Part shown: positions 12,501 to 24,462 of the stretch, one piece after another
How positions within the stretch are numbered: the stretch's first letter is position 1
Layout of the letters: each line of letters begins with the position of its first letter
From: Lingula anatina
Lineage: Eukaryota; Animalia; Brachiopoda
DNA length: 64,000 nucleotides
Assembly (NCBI GenBank): GCA_051362555.1
Contig: CM120642.1
Coordinates: 3,162,001 to 3,226,000 of the forward strand
Reading direction: 5' to 3'
Notes under the pieces: model-generated
What the model was told of the DNA's origin: nothing
Seen by the model: the letters and a program-made list of their open reading frames with translations, nothing else
The model's database searches: none
Translations under genes and position numbers: made by a program

Positions 12501-15500
12501 ATTATTCACAGCCTTGCTTAATGTTTTTTACCACATTTAAGACATTTTTAACATGAAAAAGTAAACAGTTTCTACTTCAGTTTATAAAAGTGTGTTTCTA
12601 AACAATAAAAACCTAAAAACTATGGTAGTGGTGCTACAAGTTTGTACTTATTTTCTATTACTTATTGGGTATCTATTGGTTTTTATTTGGATGACCACAT
12701 AGATCAACCACTGACATGTTCCAGAATGTGGGTTTCTTACGCTTTATGCCTGGGAAGAAAAATACTTTCTTCAGCAGAGTGCTCTCCATATGTAACACTT
12801 GTTTTTTCCCACCAGATGTTTTTAATTTAGCTACCCGATTATTTGCCTGAAACAGAAGAAATAATTAGCTGTTTTAAAAATACATCATGCATTAATAAAT
12901 ATTAGATTTTAAACTTTTCTTCTTTTCTTTATAAATGGTCTATTCTTCTATCCTCTTAATTATTTTGGCAAAGATTGGTTTATATTTATTAGTGATCATG
13001 TTAACTTTTGACCAATAATAAACCGTTAACTGCTATTCAAGGTCTTAGGTTTGGCTACATATTATACTAACTTATTACTCTTTTGTACATATAATCAACT
13101 GATGTAGAACATATCTGGTGCATGCATTTGAATATTTGATTTGCATAATTGAAGATTATGTATTCAGTTTGGAAGCCCCAAGTTTAACTCCTAACATTTT
13201 TATGTACAGACACAGATGTGTCTGTACATATAGCCATCATCTGCGTCTGTCGTCGCCGTCGCCGTCGCCGTCGTCGCCGTGCACTTTTACCGATAACACG
13301 ATAAGTGGAAAACTGTTTTTTCTTTTGGCTTGAAACTTACAGAACTGATGAATATTCATAATACGCAGGTCAAGTTCGAAAATCAGCATGATCGGGTCAC
13401 TTATAGGGAATTTATGCTGTTTTTTCACTTTTTTCAGCATATATGCAGCACCGATAACACGATAAGTGGAAAACCATTTTACCTTTTGGCTTGAAACTTA
13501 CAGAACTGATGAATATTCATAATACGCAGGTCAAGTTCGAAAATCAGCATGATTGGGTCACTTATAGGGAATTTATGCTGTTTTTTCACTTTTTTCAGCA
13601 TATATACAGCACCGATAACACGATAAGTGGAAAACCATTTTACTTTTTGGCTTGAAACTTACAGATCTGATGAATATTTATAATACGCAGGTCAAGTTCA
13701 AAAATCAGCGTGATTGGGTCATTTTTAGTGAACTTAGGCTATTTTTTCTCTTTTTTCAGCATATATGCAGCACCGATAACACCATAAATGGAAAACCATT
13801 TTACCTTTTGGCTTGAAACTTACAGAACTGATGAATATTCATAATACGCAGGAAAAGTTCGAAAATCAGCATGATCAGGCCATTTTTAGGGAAGTTATGC
13901 TGTTTTTTCACTTCTTTCAACATGTATGCAACGCTATAACACAATATAAGAAAAACAGATAGGCCAATTGTCATTATACTCACAGGAGTAGTCAAACTAA
14001 CTAAAACGCAGGTTGAGTTCCAAAATCAGCATAATCGGGCCATTCTTTTAGAAGTTATGCTGTTTTTTCTTATTTCCTCAGATTCAATTGTTAGGCATGT
14101 TAACAGTCTCATTATTGAACTAATAAGATACGTAAAAGTGTTTGTTTGACATTTCCTGCATCTTAATAACATTGTTAGTTGATTATGTAAAAATGATGGT
14201 AAACTTGTTATTGTGTATTATGTTATAAAGTGTCAAAAATGGAAATAAATATCATTGCAGTTTGTCAGATTCAATCATCTACTATATTCATTATCTCAGA
14301 ATGGAGGAAATTGGACATTTAACACTGTTCTATTGATATTTTTCCCATCTCATCAATTTTCTTAGTTGATCATATACAAATGGTAGAAAACTGTTTATTT
14401 TGTTTTATGTTAAAAAAGTGTTTTAAAAATGGAAGTAAACCCATTGCAGAACAGTGCTGTCTTGTTTCAGCATATATGCAACACTGATAACATGATAAGT
14501 GAAAAATCATTTTACCTTTTGGCTTGAAACTTGCAGAACTAATGAATATATTCATATTACGCAGGTCAAGTTAGAAAATCAGCATGATCGGGTCATTTTT
14601 AGGGAGGTTATGCTGTTTTTTTCACTTTTTTCAGCATATATGCAGCACCGATAACACCATAAGTGGAAAACCATTTTACCTTTTGGTTTCAAACTTGCAG
14701 AACTGATGAATATTCATAATACGCAGGTCAAGTTTGAAAATCAGTATGATTGGGTCATTTTTAGGGAAGTTATGCTGTTTTTCACTTTTTTCAGCATATA
14801 TGCAACACTGATAACATGATAAGTGGAAAACCATTTAACCTTTTGGTTTGAAACTTGCAGAACTAATGAATATTCATAATACGCAGGTCAAGTTTGAAAA
14901 TCAGCATGATCGGGTCATTTTTAGGGAAGTAATGCTGTTTTTTCACTTTTTTCAGCATGTATGCAACACCTTTGTGCTATATGACGGTACTGTATGGATA
15001 GCAGTCTTTAAAATTGTCCCTTGGGTGATCACTAATTAAATTAAGGTCTATAAAGTCACTTGCCTACTCATTAATTTTCAATTGGCCATTAAATGAGATT
15101 ACATAAAACACTCCTTGAGATTTCCCTGTAAAGTCCCATAGGTTTAGCTCTCTTAACTGTGTCACAAAATTAGGATTTGGTGATAATTGTGCAGATAAAT
15201 GGTGTTTAACATTGCAAATAATTTACAACAAAAAGAATGTGTTATGCCAACATGCTATAGATGCATAACAGTGCTTTATTTTTCTCAAACTTGGTGGGGT
15301 TATTAATATCAAGTTAATACAGCTAGATTAAAAGTTTGAATAGCAGCTTTATTGGAATTTTTTACGTTTTATTTAAAATTTTTTAAAATTATTTTTCAAA
15401 CACTAGCATCTTCAAGATGTGATTTTATACTCCCATCCACCTGAAGTGCTGTGCATTTTCTGTATTTTTGTATACAATTGTTATTTCTTCAGATTTAATT

Positions 15501-16319
15501 CTTACGCATGTTAACAGTCTCATTATGGAACTAATAAGATATGTAAAAGTGTTGTTTTGACATTTTCTGCTTCTTAACAATATTGTTTGTTGATTATATA
15601 AAAATGACAGTAAACCTGTTATAATATTGTGCATTGTGTAATAAAGTATCATAAATGGAAAGGAACTCATCATTGCAGTTTGTCAGATTTAATCATTCAC
15701 TATGTTCAGTATCTGCAAATGGAGCAAATTGGACATTGAAAATTGTTCTATTGATATTTTTCCTATGTCAACAATTTTCCTAGTTGAACATTTAAAAATG
15801 ACAGTTTATTGATCATTTTGTTTTAAAAAAGGTGTTGAAAATGGAAAGAAAATCATTTCAGTACAGTTATCTCTTGTTTACATTTTGGCATTTTGAAAGT
15901 GTGACTCTGAACTTCCATGGCCTTGAAGACCTTCCCAAATCACATTTTCTGAATATTCATGATACTTTTATTTTTTTATTAAAAATTTGATGGTCATTAT
16001 GCTGTTAAGTATTATGTTTTATTGCATGAAAGTTGAAGAAAACCCTATTTTGGACACTGCTGCCAGGATAGCGATTAAGGGAAAACCATGTTACTTATGA
16101 TACTGAAACTTAGTGAAAAGTTTCATAAGACAGAAGTGCGCAGCTTGTGTTTGAAAACCAGTGTGATTGTTTTCTGTTTTGGAGGCAATGCAGGTTTATA
16201 GAGTGCTATACTGGCATTTTCAAGTTGTGACTTATCACTCCCATCTGCCAGGAGCCCTGTACTCTTACTTTGTAACATTTTCTGTATTTTGTTAAGTTAC
16301 AAGAATGATTCTTAGGATT

Positions 16320-16379
<60 letters not shown>

Positions 16380-19216
16380 GAGTTTAAGCAATTTTTTTTT
16401 GTGTGTAATTTTCACTGTACCTCATTCTGGCATTTCCAAAGTTTAACTCTTATCAGCCTGACACCTTAGGGACTATTTCCAGACCCTATCACGCTAACTG
16501 TGGATCGATCTATCTCCATGGGAATTCTCGCTAAATTGCAATCAATGTAAGTGGCTTAGTTGTCTGTCACGCCTACTGAAACTGGCATGCCAGAATCCTA
16601 AGACTCTCAAACTGAAAGCAATTTAGTGAGAAACCCCTTGTAGTTGGATTGATCCTGTTAGATTGATCTAAGTATGGGAACTTAGTCTAATGCTTGATAC
16701 ACATTTTACTTTCATCCTAATCCAATGTTATGCAGAATAAGAATTTGATGTTGGCTATGCAGTTACAGTAAGCATAATACATTAGTTCATCAGAATTGAC
16801 AGTATCCTATTTCCTGCGTTTTTATTTTCTGGTTTTTGTCTGTACATTTGACAGCTTTGCTGCCTTGTTATATCTTTTAACAAAGGTGGTTGAAAGTCAC
16901 AAATGTGAATGTTGTCAGTTGGTGGAATAATATGGTATTGGACTCTGAAGTTCATGACAACACTTGCTTGCATCTCAAGGAAAATAAAGATATATAAAAA
17001 TGAAATGAAGTGAAGTGAAACGTATAAATATGTAGTTATACTGTAGATACATAAATATATGATATGAAATAAATCTCAGCTTAATAACATTTTAGTAGCT
17101 TTTAATTTTTAGAAATTTAAAGTTAATTTATGTTTGTTGATGGACATATTGCAAAATATGGCAGCTCACCTTTGATAACAAAGACAGGACGTCTTCTTCA
17201 CAGGCATGTTTGCTGAACACATCCACAAGGGCCTGGATGAACCAAGTTCCTTTCTCTGGGCTTCTCCATGACACAAAGTCTGGGATTGACACGTACAGTA
17301 ATATCAAGTTCCAAATTAGAAAAAAAAAACATCAGCACGAGTGCTAAATTTCTTAATGATTACATGTTACATACCAAGTTGGTCACTTTTTTTTTTATTT
17401 TGAAAATTTTACTATGTTCTGCCTCTTTTAACATGCATGTACACTTTCTTGGAGGCAGGGGAGGGGGGGTATGTGAAAAACTTATAAGAGGAGAAAAAAT
17501 TGAACTTTTAACTAGAAACTTCTACATGTACTTTATGTTCTTGGTTTCAAATACACATGTGTAAGAAATGGGGATCATCCAATATATCTCAAAGTCTCAA
17601 GGCTTGGTGAAAATCAAGGAGATTTGGAGCAGAATGGTGTCTAAAATAATGGCAGACTAGAGGTGCAGCAACTGATTAAAGCTGACAGAATTTCATTTTT
17701 CTGGTTGTTTTCTCTTAAGTTAGAATAACATGTTTGACAGTCAAATAATGATGCACCAGAAAATTAAAGTAGCTGCTCTCACTTGGAGTGGTGGCTTTTG
17801 CCACAAGGAAGTCTGCCATTGTTGGGACAGTCTCATCTTGACCTCCAAGTGCTTCATGGACCACACTGGTACTCGGGATTTCAGGCAATGTCCTGGTAGG
17901 TTTTGACAGGGGCCCTTGCTTAGCACCACAATCTACATTTTCTGTAGAGTTTGTAAAAATTTGAGTTGTGTAGGTTACATGTTATCAGTATGAGTAGAGT
18001 TTATTTTGAATGATCACATGAGCATGTACAATAATGTTGATGGACTGAAATTTATGAACAATGACAGTGAGGAAGACATATGATATCTTGTCTGATCAAT
18101 AATTGAACTGTCTGAACAATAAGCTTCCATACAGTGACTGCAAATATATGAATATGAATTAATAAGGACATTCTTTTTTCTATTATCTGTACAAGTTATG
18201 CTTGGTGTAGGCTCTATCAGTACAAAGATAGTTTTAATTTAAAAAGTACTAGTACTGTATATCAATAGGTACCCATCACCTTCTATCACACTTATGGGAA
18301 ATTTCAATTTTTCCCCTTTTGTTAAAAAATAAAACTTCATACATATGTTTAAGTGCTACTCACTTCCTTGACAAGCCTGAATGAAAACCATCTTGGGTTT
18401 ACTTCTTAAGGCAGGGCAGTTTGCATTGTTGAATATTTCTAAAATAATTTCATAAGACAAAGCATATCCATCTGTACCAGTCACAGCTCCTACTTGTCCG
18501 TGGCTCATTATCACCAATATGAAGGAATCATACTTGGAGTGATCACGTTTGGCACTTTCCTCTTCCAATAGGTCCTTAATTCCCTACAAAAATAAAGTGT
18601 ATAATTGCATCATGAACTACATGTGAAAATGTTAAATTTATATATTTTAGACAAAGGTAACAAAACATCAGCTATAACTACAAATGTAAGTAATAAATTG
18701 ATGTGTACCTCTGCAGTCAGATCATGGTGAACTGCCACCCTGTAGTTCAGTTGATATAGCAATTCCTCCATTTTGTCCACATCCTTTTCTGTTCCTGAAC
18801 GTTTGGAGAGTCGGGGTTCTTCACAGTTGAAATTTCTGTTATTGATGATTAGTGCCCTTCCCTTTGGATCTGATGTATTTTTATATGCCTAATGGAAATA
18901 AGAATTGCAATTATCACTGGAAAGGGCATAATACAGTTCTTGTCATATCAATTTTAATTCTTTCTCCTTTCTTTCTCTCCTTTTTTAAGATAAATTTCAA
19001 AGAATTAGGTCAAACAAGAAGTGTAACATATTTGTTACAAGTTATTTTGTAATAGATTGAAAGGGTTTATAACTTACCTCACTTGTGTTATTAGCATACT
19101 TTGCATAAAAATCAGGAGTGCATGGTTTCACTTTCACTTCATTTTCCTCCTCTGCCTCTCCTATTTGATGAAATATGCATGGTAATACATTTGGTAAAGG
19201 GGATTTTTTTCTTATT

Positions 19217-19252
<36 letters not shown>

Positions 19253-20254
19253 TTGTTGAGCATTAAAATGTGTACAGTTACATTTTACAAGCTCATTAAA
19301 CTACAGCCTATTCAACATTTATTATGAATTTCAATTTTATCTTTGGTGTCTGAAAAAGAATGCAATTTTACATTTTAACTTAAAAAATGTTGCATTTAAA
19401 TACTTATTGTTTCATTCAGTCCACCCTTCCCAATTAATCTTCTTGGTTTTTAATCATTCAAGTGATTAATTAGGGGCCTACAGTACATACCATGACCATC
19501 ATAACCATCTTTTTCCATACGAGAATGACCTTCAAGCTTCCTTCTCTTGATGTTGATTTTGTGGTCTGAAATTAACATCCGGTCAAAATCGGGATTTGAT
19601 ATAAACTGTAGTGAGTTTGGTCTTGTTATATGACTAGTGCAGAAGTATATATATCACCACACCACACCATTCTCTGACCAAATTACATGTATGGATGTAT
19701 GCCTTTTTTATCAAAGGAACAGTATAGTAGATTTTGGCAAGATAAACAATAAATACATTTTTTTAGAAAATCAAAATAAACAAGAAAATACAAGAAAATA
19801 TCCTAGAGTCATTGAAAGTTTACTCACCAGTAATTGTACTAATTTAAAAGAGCTTGCCACTATAAAACATTGGAGATGTGTTTCTAAATGTCAAAGTGGT
19901 GTTTATAATATAGAAACCTCCCTTATTGTACATTCCTTGGCCCATGTTTCTGATACATGCATGATTTTCACTTAAAATGATGCTCTTGTCTCCTAGATAC
20001 AGTAAATGCATTTAGTATTACCTGTATACTTGTATCTGTTGCCAGTAAATGGCATTGTTCTTCCAGTTTAAACAAATTATAGTAAAAAGGTTTTTCATTA
20101 ACTACATGTAGCTCCTATGTATAGCACTAGTTCTCAAACAAATATAACCTATGATAAGCCATTCTACAGTGGCAGTAGGTATAGGACACTCACCTTGCTT
20201 TTTGTCTCTCTTTCTTCGTTTGGCTAAATTACCTTTTGCAGAAGCCAGCTCCAT
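1..20254 (-). CDS. Multi-exon caspase / TRADD-N-like / Death-domain gene (long isoform; 3' end beyond window)
   Basis: Hand-spliced exons with matching phases: 20254-20194, 19565-19491, 19160-19078, 18888-18709, 18583-18364, 17941-17783, 17279-17170, 12846-12741, 12115-12029, 11805-11719, 11054-~10833, 10675-10304, 7723-7557, 5356-5104, 4810-4610, 555-<1. The only doubtful junction is ~10833/10675. Joining the caspase part to the downstream exons is inference from phase compatibility. Confidence 0.65.
811..4395 (+). mobile_element. Helentron/HINE-like non-autonomous element, family A copy 1
   Basis: Starts aactagaggatcagagaggcgataccgcct; subterminal inverted repeat attgtaccaccagc / gctgatggtacaat; ~121-bp tandem core at 1015-1560; near-identical to 5436-7439. 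Confidence 0.75.
1931..3808. mobile_element. Non-autonomous DNA transposon with ~300-bp TIRs, TGT..ACA ends and a 4-bp TSD (Ginger-like ends)
   Basis: tgtagagccgcattttgcaac ... gttgcaaaatgcggctctaca, flanked by ATGG on both sides; the empty site aaagaatgggtctc is present at ~6838-6851. Confidence 0.85.
4610..5356 (-). CDS. Death domain exons (5356-5104 and 4810-4610)
   Basis: IFTHISPRVSCMWKELALHLKFTEEDTQAIMSQHPNEEEAQCLECLESF...LLTALYMMHQSTFA|ETVADLL: WKxLAxxL and LxxAL..A Death-fold pattern; the last helix is completed in phase by the next exon. Confidence 0.8.
5436..7439 (+). mobile_element. Helentron/HINE-like family A copy 2
   Basis: Same termini as 811-4395; about 7 copies of a ~120-bp unit (aggtcaaaggtcaatttcaaggtcacatttagattgccag...) at 5625-6500. 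Confidence 0.8.
6499..6707. mobile_element. MITE-like hairpin nested in family A copy 2
   Basis: ~90-bp inverted arms tagtcaggcggctaagtccaaat... / ...atttggacttagccaactgacta around a short spacer. Confidence 0.8.
7870..10050. mobile_element. Non-autonomous TIR element with 20-bp minisatellite arms (Tc1/mariner-like TA|CAGTGG left end)
   Basis: cagtggcccacaagtgcactccaaattcc / ggaatttggagtgcacttgtgggccaccg; (cctcactccgaattcgtaaa)n at 7920-8375 and its reverse complement at 9730-10010. Confidence 0.85.
10304..10675 (-). CDS. Exon encoding a TRADD-N-like domain
   Basis: EGCVECVLMFDAAEKLQSFWTEYKSGDLSKLLTQEYITQELEEMEGGEMLYVDVYICEQELATAWDFF fits the recalled invertebrate TRADD-like N-terminal pattern (G-S/C-hydrophobic strand, LxxxWxxYxSGxL). 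Ends at a CCAG|GTATGT donor. Confidence 0.65.
12673..20254 (-). CDS. Caspase-2-like cysteine protease, copy 1 (p20+p10, no CARD); short isoform stops at 12673
   Basis: Translation includes VKVKPCTPDFY..AYKNTSDPKGRALIINN, ILVIMSHG, FNNANCPALRSKPKMVFIQACQG, VPTMADFLVAKATTP, FVSWRSPEKGTWFIQALVDVF and STLLKKVFFFPG. VKPCTPxFY and NANCPxLxxKPKM match caspase-2 as recalled. Catalytic His and Cys are intact. Confidence 0.9.
13199..16868 (-). mobile_element. Helentron/HINE-like family B element in caspase copy 1 intron
   Basis: Terminal palindrome tgtacagacacagatgtgtctgtaca, (GCCGTC)n, ~165-bp tandem core and distal subTIR tgtctgtaca. The paralogous intron in copy 2 (32841-32880) shows the empty T-rich site with no obvious TSD. 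Confidence 0.85.
16323..16377. repeat. (AT)n microsatellite
   Basis: About 27 AT units. Confidence 0.95.
18364..18583 (-). CDS. Caspase catalytic exon (SHG, QACQG), copy 1
   Basis: ORF 18356..18568; AG acceptor and GTGAGT donor flank a 220-nt exon. Confidence 0.95.
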
Positions 20255-23200
20255 GTTTGGTCTATGCCACAGTTGTCAGTTATTTGTATACACTCAACGT
20301 CACAAGAAATATCACTTCATAGTACATGTACCATATGCCTTCACCTGCCCTGCATCCATCACTAAATGCTTGAGTAAGTTTCACATTTTATACTTCAATT
20401 TGTGGATCAAAACATTGTTTTTATGACTATCATCAAAATGTTTCACATAAATCCCACATGTATTTTTAGCATTCAAGTAATTATGATGCATTGCGTCACA
20501 TCAGGGGACTACAAATTGTACTCCACGGCCCACTTTTATTGACATAACAAACCAGTAAAACATAATAGCAGTTAAGCTAACACATGAAAAGGGTATATGT
20601 TTCTTTCATCAGTGAGGTGTGTTAAAATTGTATAATTAATTTATCACTTATCCTTATGTGTGGGTCATTGCAATATATAATACTACATGTACAGTGTTCA
20701 AATTGAAAAATCGCTATATAAATTTTAAGACCTTACAGTGTACCTGTACAGCATGGATATCTATGTAGGTCACTGACAGGTAACATATTAGATTAAGGTT
20801 CAAGTAAATAAAATTCACCCTACAGTACAGAGGCTCTATGCCACACTCCCTTCTTACACTTGTTATTGACTTTTGTATAATAATATTTATTCAGCTAATA
20901 TATATGTACAAAATATATATCAAAAATGTAAATATTGATGGGACTCCTCAAAGTGACACACACACACACAAAAAATGTAATTATATAACAAGAAAATCCT
21001 TAAGATTTAGATATAAAAATAAAATAGTTAAAATGATAATGTTTTGGCTTAAAAATAGAAAATGATAATAATAATAATAAAATCCTAAAGATAAGAATGT
21101 AAAATTTAATGGTAATAACATATATCTGTGTATTTGCACACACGCGCGCATGTGTGTCGGGCAACTAGAGAAGTACTCAGGGTGTGACAGCTCAGTTCTC
21201 ATTATTATTAATGGATCACCACCAAAATCTTATCTAAGTTTGCCCATTTCATACCTATCCTGAAAGTTTAATTAATTTGTCCATATAACTTATTGAGTTA
21301 AGACTGTTTAATAATATCAACAGTGTAAGAAACCAGGAGTAAATATTATGGTTGAATTAAATGTTATACTTAGTATGCATCTTTTTTAATTGCTTGTACA
21401 GGGTTTGTCTTACCACTCTATTGTCTGCAGGAACTTATTTTGAAACACTTGATTTTTCTCATTACAATTGAATTATTTGACTTTGCTAAGTCTGTAAACT
21501 GAGTTACCTTAAATTTGTATATATTTTGCAAAAGGTAAATATCATATTATACATCTACTAAGCAAATGATGTCATAATAGTTCATTTACTCTATTGCAAT
21601 GTTTAATGCTACTGAAACAATTTTTGTTAAATTTTTGCAAAATGTCACTTTCTTCTAAACTTGTTATGAAAAAAGACTGATACACTGTATGCTTATATCA
21701 TATGGTGAAATCTTATACTGCACTGTTGGTAAGATATTTAACTCTACATGCTTATATCATATGGTGCCATCTTATACTGTACTGTTGGTAAGATATTTAA
21801 CTCTATGTGCTTAAAACATATGTGCATAATTTAATTAAATTTTACTTACAGAGAAAGACAGCTGTTTTGATGAAATATGACCTACTATTTAAAGTTTATT
21901 TTGATCATGACATGTACTGTGTGATGATTACTTTTGAATTAAATAATTTTGTAAAAATCTGAAAATTGCTATCTGAATGAATGTTTAAACAATATTCGAG
22001 AAACTTATTTAAAATAAAGTGATGGAGAGAGCATATTATTATGAAATTTTTAATGTGGTCACTATTTCTAGGCACAAAATACTGAGAAAACTGGAGAATG
22101 GTTTGCGAGGCGTTTCCCATGTTATTTTGGATGAAGTACATGAAAGGGATCTTAATGTAAGAAATGCTACATATCAAAATCTCTTCACATATTTTTTCTT
22201 TAATTAACTTCTATCTGGATCATTGTGAAAGAGAGAACTCAATTTTAAAACTAAATCTATTTTTTACTTTACATCTCACATTTATTTTAAAAATTGAGTG
22301 TATTAAGCAAATAGTAATGTTATATTTTACTAAATCCCCCCCCAAAAAAAAACAATAAAATGGGTGTATAATTATGTAATTGTGTAGTTATTAGTATTTC
22401 CCATTTTACTTGGTGTTATTGTTTTTTTTAATGGTAGAAATAATTTTGCATTATCATATTTAACACAATTATAAAGTGTAAAATGTCTGTTTGCAGACTG
22501 ATTTCTTGATGGTGATGTTACGAGACATGGTCCATGTTTACAAAGATCTCCGTATTGTCATTATGTCTGCCACTGTGGACACAACCTTATTCACTGACTA
22601 CTTTGGTTCAGTGGAAGTTGTAGAAGTTCATGGCAGACTGTTCCCTGTTCAAGGTATTGAGGCTGTAGTCTTGGGGTTACTTGAAAACATTATCAGATAC
22701 TGTGTTAATTAAGTTTGTGGACTTAGTAGCAGTAAACAATTTCTATTATTATTATAACCTCTTGTTTCCTATTTTAATGATGTTGATGTGTGCACCCCCC
22801 CCCCCACACACACACACACACTCACACACGTATGGGGTAGACATAGGGATTAGTTGTAACACATTCTATGAAAGATTGACAGTAAAAAACAGTTTTTCTC
22901 ATTTGATAATTGAAATTGCTTTTTGGGATATTTCCATAGATGAGATCATATTGCATGGCATTAAGTAATATACCATTAATTATTATATGAATTATAAAAA
23001 ATAAAAGCTGTTCATTTAAATGAATTTGAATTTGTTTCTGTTATGTTTTGCATGAACAGTACAAAAACATCCAAAGCTTTTTGAAAAATTGATGACCATT
23101 TTGCCAAATTTAGATTAGAACAGCACACAACCCCTGAGATTTTCCGTACATCACTTCTTGAATTGGCACTGAGCATCAAGTTACTGAGGCTTGGAGAGAT

Positions 23201-23818
23201 TGGTTCTTTCTTGGCCAAAGCTGTGGAACCGCCACCTATTGATGCAGTCATTGAAGCTGAAGCCTTACTGAAAGGTATGCAATGCTTGAGTGTGCCTTAA
23301 GCAAACTTGTTTTTTTTTCACTTATTTATAATAACATAGGATTCCTATTCATATATTGTCTCAACATAAACAGTGTCATGTCAAATACTGAAACTAACTT
23401 CAACTAAAAAAAACATAATTTTTGTTGTTTCTTATAGGTTATCAAAAACGTTTTTGAAAACTCATGATTTAATGTCTGAATTTTAGAGATGGGTGCCCTG
23501 GACAGGAACAATGAGTTGACCCCTCTTGGGAAAATCCTGGTCAAATTGCCAATAGAGCCCAGACTGGGAAAGATGATCATTTATGGCTGTATCTTCTAGT
23601 AGGTCCACGTGTGTGTGTGTGTGTGTGTGTGCGCATGCGTGTGTGTGTGTGGGTGTGTGTGATACTTCTTGTGTGGAGGAGATTTAAATGTGGAGTAAAT
23701 TAAGTCACAATCGGAGTTAATAACAAGCTAAATATATCATTTGTTATTATGTAATATCACAAACCCACTTGATGCATAATGTCATATTTCAGCTTTATCA
23801 TAGATGTTAAAGTTAATA

Positions 23819-24462
23819 ACAGTACTGACAATAATGTGGTTGTTTTCCTCACAATGTTGACAATAATGTGGTCGTTTTCCTCGCAGTACTGACAATAATG
23901 TGGTTGTTTTCCTCACAGTGTTGACAATAATGTGGTTGTTTTCCTCACAGTACTGACAATAATGTGGTGGTTTTCCTCACAGTACTGACAATAATGTGGT
24001 TGTTTTCCTCACAGTGTTGACAATAATGTGGTTGTTTTTCTCACAGTGTTGACAATAATGTGGTTGTTTCTCTCACAGTACTGACAATAATGTGGTTGTT
24101 TTCCTCACAGTACTGACAATAATGTGGTTGTTTTCCTCACAGTACTGACAATAATGTGGTTGTTTTCCTCACAGTACTGACAATAATATATGGTTGTTTT
24201 CCTCACAGTACTGACAATAATGTGGTTGTTTTCCTCACAGTACTGACAATAATGTGGTTGTTTTCCTCACAGTACATACAGTAATGTGGTTGTTTTCCTC
24301 ACAGTGTTGACAATAATGTGGTTGTTTTCCTCACAGTGTTGACAATAATGTGGTTGTTTTCCTCACAGTACTGACAATAATGTGGTTGTTTTCCTCACAG
24401 TACTGACAATAATGTGGTTGTTTTCCTCACAGTACTGACAATAATGTGGTTGTTTTCCTCAG
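23819..24462 (+). repeat. ~32-bp minisatellite (~20 copies) built from a DHX9 3' splice site
   Basis: Unit cagtactgacaataatgtggttgttttcctca; the last unit supplies the acceptor of exon 24463. Confidence 0.95.

Noticed and set aside
23819-24462. CRISPR-like array of ~32-bp repeats
   Set aside because: The repeats are head-to-tail with no unique spacers, there are no cas genes, and the context is a eukaryotic intron.
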